Source: Candidatus Babeliales bacterium
GTDB taxonomy: Bacteria > Babelota > Babeliae > Babelales > JANWKD01
Assembly (NCBI GenBank): GCA_963722075.1
Contig: CAVRJM010000003.1
Span: 1 to 21,542, forward strand
Reading direction: 5' to 3'
DNA length: 21,542 nucleotides
Shown here: positions 16,514 to 21,542 of the stretch, piece after piece
How positions within the stretch are numbered: position 1 is the stretch's first letter
How the letters are laid out: each line of letters starts with the position of its first letter
The notes under the pieces: generated by a model
The model's input: only the letters and a program-made list of their open reading frames with translations
Databases searched by the model: none
What the model was told of the DNA's origin: nothing
Program-made: the position numbers and the translations under genes

Positions 16514-17470
16514 ATGTATTTGTTTTCATTATGCATCTTATTTCTTAGTAGCAGTATTCTCTATACTATGGAATCAGATTTTACTGCAAAATATACCGTA
16601 GATGAATATGGTATGCATGAAGTTTCTGAGCAGGCCAAATTAAAAGCGCTTCGCGCTGCAATAGAAAATGGCACAATAGGACTGCCGGGTAATGTAGGTA
16701 CCATACGTTTTTGGTTACTTGAAGATAGAATTCCAGTTACTTTTCTAAGCGAACTTCCTTTAGCAGTTGCACAAGAAGTGGTAAGTAACTGCTATGCTGA
16801 TAAAGATACGCTCACCCATATCTTCGCGCGGCAATCAGCTATAAATGAGCATGACCAAGGTTTACTAGAAGATATTGAGCACAATAAACTGGAAAATGAT
16901 TCTAATCGAGAACGAATACAAACGATACAAAAAACCGTTCGTGAAAATAATAAATGCGCTTTACGTAATTTTCATAAATTAAAATATGTTATTGAACATG
17001 GCTTTATCAGTGACGTAAATAAACAAGGCAATAAAGGGGAAACGTTATTGCATATTCTTGCTCAAATCACTAAGCCAAGTGGGGCAACTGAGCTAATGTT
17101 TGTATTGATGGAATGCTATAAAGTAGGGATCCAGCGTGATAGAGCATGTTGCCCTAATATTCCTGCTGATTCTACTTTCAATACTATGGAAATTGCTATT
17201 CTAGCCAAAAATAAAAAAGCAGTGCAAATGCTTCATGAGACTACCAATGCAATCTGCAGCATTGAACGACATTCTTCGGGTCTTTGTTTGATAAGTAGGA
17301 TTGAATTAGAAGCAGAACGTGAGGCAGAAGGAATGTCGATGGGCAGTTTTTATACATATGTACAAGGTCTGTTGCCGCGCTTTAAAGAATTAGCTAATAA
17401 TCGATACGCATTGGCACCATGCTGTGCTCAAGGTGGACACAAATTATATTATAATCACGAAGCAAAATAA
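16514..17470 (+). CDS. Secreted hypothetical protein with degenerate ankyrin-like repeats
   Basis: Signal-like N-terminus (..[10 protein letters not shown]), [16 protein letters not shown], and [19 protein letters not shown]. Confidence 0.7.
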   Translation: MYLFSLCILFLSSSILYTMESDFTAKYTVDEYGMHEVSEQAKLKALRAAIENGTIGLPGNVGTIRFWLLEDRIPVTFLSELPLAVAQEVVSNCYADKDTLTHIFARQSAINEHDQGLLEDIEHNKLENDSNRERIQTIQKTVRENNKCALRNFHKLKYVIEHGFISDVNKQGNKGETLLHILAQITKPSGATELMFVLMECYKVGIQRDRACCPNIPADSTFNTMEIAILAKNKKAVQMLHETTNAICSIERHSSGLCLISRIELEAEREAEGMSMGSFYTYVQGLLPRFKELANNRYALAPCCAQGGHKLYYNHEAK

Positions 17471-17492
17471 TAACATTTTTAGTGAAAATTTT

Positions 17493-19940
17493 ATGAATTA
17501 TAATTTTAAAGAAATAGAAAAAAAATGGCAGCAGTATTGGGAACAACATGAAACGGGTAAAACCAAACCAACCGGGAATGGCAAAAAATATTATTGCCTT
17601 GATATGTTCCCCTATCCTTCAGGATCAGGATTGCATGTAGGCCATTGGCGGGGCTATGTGCTTTCTGATATCTATGCACGTATGAAATGGTTACAAGGAT
17701 ATAATGTGCTTCATCCCATGGGTTGGGATGCTTTTGGATTGCCTGCGGAAAATGATGCCATTAAAAAAGGTATTTTGCCCCAAATCAGCACAGCAAAAAA
17801 CATTGCGCATTTTAAAAAGCAACTCAAAGAAGTGGGCGCTCTATATGACTGGTCAAAAGAATTAAATACCACCGATCCGCATTATTATAAATGGACGCAG
17901 TGGATTTTCTTGCAAATGTACAAAGCGGGGCTTGCGTACTTAGCAAATAAACCGATTAACTGGTGCCCTTCCTGTTTAACGGGTCTTGCTAATGAAGAAG
18001 TAGTTGACGGCGGCTGCGAACGCTGTGCAACGCCGGTAGTCCAAAAGCAAGTACCGCAATGGGTTTTGCGCATTACTGAGTACGCTGAAAAGTTACTTAA
18101 TGGTCTTGATAAACTTGAATGGCCAGAAAAAGTTAAATTGATGCAGCGCAATTGGATTGGCAAGAGTGAAGGGCTCATTTTTACCGCTCCGGTGAAAGAT
18201 ATGGATTTACAGATTCAAACATATTCAACTCACTTTGAAACATGCTTTGCCGATACGTTTGTTGTTATTGCCCCTGATCATCCGTTGCTAGAAATCCTAT
18301 TGGAAGGGGTGTCTAACAAAAAAGAAATTTTAGATTATTGTAAAAAGATAGTTGAAAAAAGAAATGAAGCGGGTCATTTAGAAATTAAAGAGCCAGAAGG
18401 AATTTTTACCGGTCGGTATATTGTTGATCCGCTTGGTAATGGTGATCTTCCTATTTGGGTAGCAAATTTTGCACTTGCGGATTATGGAACTGGTATTGTT
18501 AAATGCTCTGCTCATGATGAGCGAGACTTTGCATTTGCAAAAAAATATAATATTTCGCTCAAAGTTGGATTAATCCCGCCTAACGATCCTGAGCTAGCGC
18601 AAAAAATAAAAAACTTAGAAGTTTGTTATGTAGATATGGTGCATGGTATCTTGATTGATACACATGAATTTTCAGGAAAAATTGCCCGTTCGGTGCGTAA
18701 AGAATTAGCAGACTACTTAGTAAAAAAAGGGTGGGCCGAAACAAAAACTAATTACAAATTACGTGATTGGATTTTCTCACGCCAACGCTATTGGGGCGAG
18801 CCAATCCCCTTAATTCATTGCGAAAATTGCGGTATTGTTCCCGTGCCTGAAGATCAATTGCCGGTAACCTTACCTGAAGTAGAAAATTATCAACCTACCG
18901 GGACGGGTGAATCGCCATTGGCTGCTATTGAATCATGGGTAAATACGACGTGCCCACAATGCAAAGGCCCCGCAAAACGAGAAACAAACACCATGCCACA
19001 ATGGGCGGGATCATGCTGGTACTTTTTGCGCTACCCAAATCCACATCTAGAGAATGAACTATTTGATCAAAAAGATATGAAATACTGGTTGCCGGTGGAT
19101 TTGTATGTGGGTGGTGTTGAACATGCTATTCTTCATTTATTATATGCACGCTTTTATGTAAAAGTGCTGTATGATCTGGGTTATTTACACTTTGATGAGC
19201 CGTTTTCTCATCTATTTAACCAAGGTATGGTGAATCGGTATTCAGAGATTTCTGGCGCCGTTGAAAAAATGTCTAAATCAAAAGGAAATGTAGTCAACCC
19301 GGATGACATTGTGCAGCAATATGGTGCTGACGCATTGCGTATGTACATTTTATTTATGGGGCCACCTGAACTTGATTGTGTATGGCAAGATGCGGGCATT
19401 GAAGGAATGAAACGCTTTTTAAATAAGTTATGGGATTATTTAAGTAACCCTAACACTATCCTGGTTGATCAACAACCTGAAAATATAAGCGTTACTAAGC
19501 GATTTAATCGCTTTTTAAAGGCATATCAGGAACGTATTGATCAATTTAAGCCAAATACGGCTCTTTCTGCTGCAATGGAATGGCTTCATGATGCGCAGCA
19601 TCAGTCTATGCAATTAAGTAGAAAAACGGTACAAGATTTATTAGCAGCGCTTTCGGTAATTATTCCTTATTTTAGTAGCGAGCTTTTAGAACAGTTGCTT
19701 GCAAAAAAATTGGAACAATGCCCGTGGCCTGTTTATGATCCGGCAAAAGCAGTTGAAGATACTATTACCATTGTAGTGCAAGTAAATGGTAAAATGCGTG
19801 GGGATTTAATTGTGCAGCCGGGTACTACACAGCAAATGATTGAACAAGAAGCGCATGTACTTGTTACTAAATGGCTTGAGGGCAAAGATATTAAAAAGAT
19901 TATTTTTGTTAAGGATAAGTTGATTAATTTTGTGGTGTAA
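17493..19940 (+). CDS. leuS: Leucine--tRNA ligase
   Basis: [13 protein letters not shown] start, MFPYPSG.GLHVGH (HIGH), [54 protein letters not shown] 17493 is preferred over the track's 17424. Confidence 0.98.
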   Translation: MNYNFKEIEKKWQQYWEQHETGKTKPTGNGKKYYCLDMFPYPSGSGLHVGHWRGYVLSDIYARMKWLQGYNVLHPMGWDAFGLPAENDAIKKGILPQISTAKNIAHFKKQLKEVGALYDWSKELNTTDPHYYKWTQWIFLQMYKAGLAYLANKPINWCPSCLTGLANEEVVDGGCERCATPVVQKQVPQWVLRITEYAEKLLNGLDKLEWPEKVKLMQRNWIGKSEGLIFTAPVKDMDLQIQTYSTHFETCFADTFVVIAPDHPLLEILLEGVSNKKEILDYCKKIVEKRNEAGHLEIKEPEGIFTGRYIVDPLGNGDLPIWVANFALADYGTGIVKCSAHDERDFAFAKKYNISLKVGLIPPNDPELAQKIKNLEVCYVDMVHGILIDTHEFSGKIARSVRKELADYLVKKGWAETKTNYKLRDWIFSRQRYWGEPIPLIHCENCGIVPVPEDQLPVTLPEVENYQPTGTGESPLAAIESWVNTTCPQCKGPAKRETNTMPQWAGSCWYFLRYPNPHLENELFDQKDMKYWLPVDLYVGGVEHAILHLLYARFYVKVLYDLGYLHFDEPFSHLFNQGMVNRYSEISGAVEKMSKSKGNVVNPDDIVQQYGADALRMYILFMGPPELDCVWQDAGIEGMKRFLNKLWDYLSNPNTILVDQQPENISVTKRFNRFLKAYQERIDQFKPNTALSAAMEWLHDAQHQSMQLSRKTVQDLLAALSVIIPYFSSELLEQLLAKKLEQCPWPVYDPAKAVEDTITIVVQVNGKMRGDLIVQPGTTQQMIEQEAHVLVTKWLEGKDIKKIIFVKDKLINFVV

Positions 19941-19960
19941 ATTTAATGAATTTATTTATT

Positions 19961-20045
19961 ACTGGATCACCACGGCCTAAAGGCCTCGTGATGACAGGAT
20001 CCCATGAACGTCATCCTGAGGTGCGCAGCACCGTGATGATCCAGT
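19961..20045. repeat. Inverted pair of REP/RPE-like units between convergent genes (possible bidirectional terminator)
   Basis: ACTGGATCACCACGGCCTAAAGGCCTCGTGATGAC (19961-19995) and its inverted variant GTCATCCTGAGGTGCGCAGCACCGTGATGATCCAGT (20010-20045). Confidence 0.8.
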
Positions 20046-20461
20046 CAACTTACTAAACAAGAATGGCGTTTTTTATTTAGTTGAGTAAGGTCTTCAAGGC
20101 ACTTTTTATCATCATTGCTTAATGCCATATCAGTAATAATTTGGAGAAAGAATTTATATTTTATCCTTAATTTTTCCTTTTCCTCATTATCCTTTTTCTT
20201 TTGGCCAGTAGGATAAATTATTACATACTTTTTTTGGGCATTAAAAGTTGCTTTTAATATGCCGTGCTCATAAAATTTGTAAGTCTGTTTACGAATTTCA
20301 GATTGAGTCATACATTTTGCTACCGCCTCTTGATGGCCTTTCCATGATTGATCCAATTGTATTGATTGCTGTTTTTCTCTTTTGCTTTTTTCCATTGCAG
20401 TAGCATAGTTTAAACTGCATAAGATTGGAAATAATAAAGAAATTTTTTTCATTCTATTCAT
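20045..20461 (-). CDS. Small secreted basic hypothetical protein
   Basis: AAAGGAG RBS and signal-like MKKISLLFPILCSLNYATA/MEK. Confidence 0.7.
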   Translation of the reverse strand: MNRMKKISLLFPILCSLNYATAMEKSKREKQQSIQLDQSWKGHQEAVAKCMTQSEIRKQTYKFYEHGILKATFNAQKKYVIIYPTGQKKKDNEEKEKLRIKYKFFLQIITDMALSNDDKKCLEDLTQLNKKRHSCLVS

Positions 20462-20602
20462 AAGATTCTCCTTTGGTAAAAATTATACTAATAAACAAGT
20501 AAGTGAAAGCAATTTATTGATATAATATTGCAATTTGAATAAAAAATCAGTTAAAATAACTATATAGTATACAAATTTAAGTATTATGAAATAGGGAAGT
20601 TT

Positions 20603-21542
20603 ATGAAAGTAAAAAGTTTATTAGTATTTTGCTTGGCATTTGTATCGATTGTTGCCATGGAAGAACCGCGAAAAATATTTGATATTAGTAAAAGTGCGTA
20701 CGCAACCAAAAAGAGAAAAATAGAGCCAAGGGATGTATTTTTTGAAAGAAGAATGCAGCTGGAGGTTCCTAAAGAGTTAAAAGGTACAGTAGAAATTCCG
20801 GCAGAGATATTTAGCGAAATTATACTGCAAATGATACCAAGTGCACGAGTCTTAAATGCTTTTGACAAAATATCGGCAGCAGATCTATTAGTTGAATCAT
20901 TACAAAAAATTATGGAAAGTTTGGAACTTGGTAATTTTAGAGCAGGGAGAGCATTACGTAGAGAATTAATTAATAGAATTCAAACAAAGGGATATAATGC
21001 TGAGATTCTTACTCAGGCAATTAGGGTTGCGGCTGATAAAAATCAGCTCTTTATTGCGCAGATATTAGCAGAATCAGGTGCTATATTACCGTATGAGATG
21101 ATTTATGATAGCATTCGATTGCGATCTGAATGGGGGATAAAAAAATTATTAGCATTAATACAAACATTACCAGCAGGGCTTGTTGATTTTAATGACATGC
21201 CTTATTTTGACAAAGATCTCGGGGTGCAGATTAATAATCCTTTAGAATATCTTATCATGCTGCTCGATAATGCGAGGGTAAATGATGACCGGTCAGCAGG
21301 ACAATACCTAGCAAATATGATGGGTTTTGTAATGCAATGGGCTACAAGGAATAATTATTTGCATAGTATGATTCATATTGACACGAGTGGTCAGTTATTA
21401 AGTGATTCTCTAACTGAGTGGCAGGAATGGTTATCTAATCCAGGGTTTCGCCGTCTTCTTTTAAATATGATTGCAAACTATGATCCTATTCTAGCTAAAA
21501 AATTGGAAACACTATTTCCGCTTCCAGGCGGTGTTACTTATT
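20603..21542 (+). CDS. Secreted hypothetical effector-like protein, 3'-truncated by the window edge (not in the ORF track)
   Basis: Translated by hand, open for 313 codons to the window end: MKVKSLLVFCLAFVSIVA/MEEPRKIFD...TKKRKI...EIPAEIFSEIILQM... A GGGAAG RBS-like site precedes the ATG. Confidence 0.8.
   Translation, partial: MKVKSLLVFCLAFVSIVAMEEPRKIFDISKSAYATKKRKIEPRDVFFERRMQLEVPKELKGTVEIPAEIFSEIILQMIPSARVLNAFDKISAADLLVESLQKIMESLELGNFRAGRALRRELINRIQTKGYNAEILTQAIRVAADKNQLFIAQILAESGAILPYEMIYDSIRLRSEWGIKKLLALIQTLPAGLVDFNDMPYFDKDLGVQINNPLEYLIMLLDNARVNDDRSAGQYLANMMGFVMQWATRNNYLHSMIHIDTSGQLLSDSLTEWQEWLSNPGFRRLLLNMIANYDPILAKKLETLFPLPGGVTY

Noticed and set aside
17430..17445. AAGGTGGACAC as a T-box upstream of leuS
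   Set aside because: It is only a partial match, lies inside the upstream CDS, and has no following terminator hairpin or stem I.

Overview
AT-rich bacterial chromosome segment. The many Sec-signal ankyrin and hypothetical proteins suggest a protist-associated intracellular bacterium, most likely Dependentiae/TM6 (inference only). Order: (1) a partial coiled-coil ORF; (2) a polymorphic-toxin-like locus, consisting of a 1193-aa signal-peptide protein with a C-terminal PD-(D/E)xK-type nuclease-like domain, a small immunity-like gene, a silenced orphan toxin-tip/immunity cassette and a third truncated repeat; (3) minus-strand zinc-ribbon, NUDIX, rhodanese, two tandem ankyrin genes (one frameshifted) and a 452-aa secreted unknown; (4) an orphan AbrB/MazE antitoxin and a nested REP-like palindrome; (5) a plus-strand run of a Trp/Tyr-family ABC importer, a membrane protein, ilvE, an ankyrin-like protein and leuS; (6) a REP-like pair and two divergent secreted proteins. 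The two most interesting signals are the tip-swapping toxin array and two unannotated, similarly built, divergent 43-46 codon pyrimidine-rich leader ORFs. Each leader has its own promoter and RBS, and the Tyr/Phe/Leu-rich one sits in front of the ABC importer-ilvE-leuS run.
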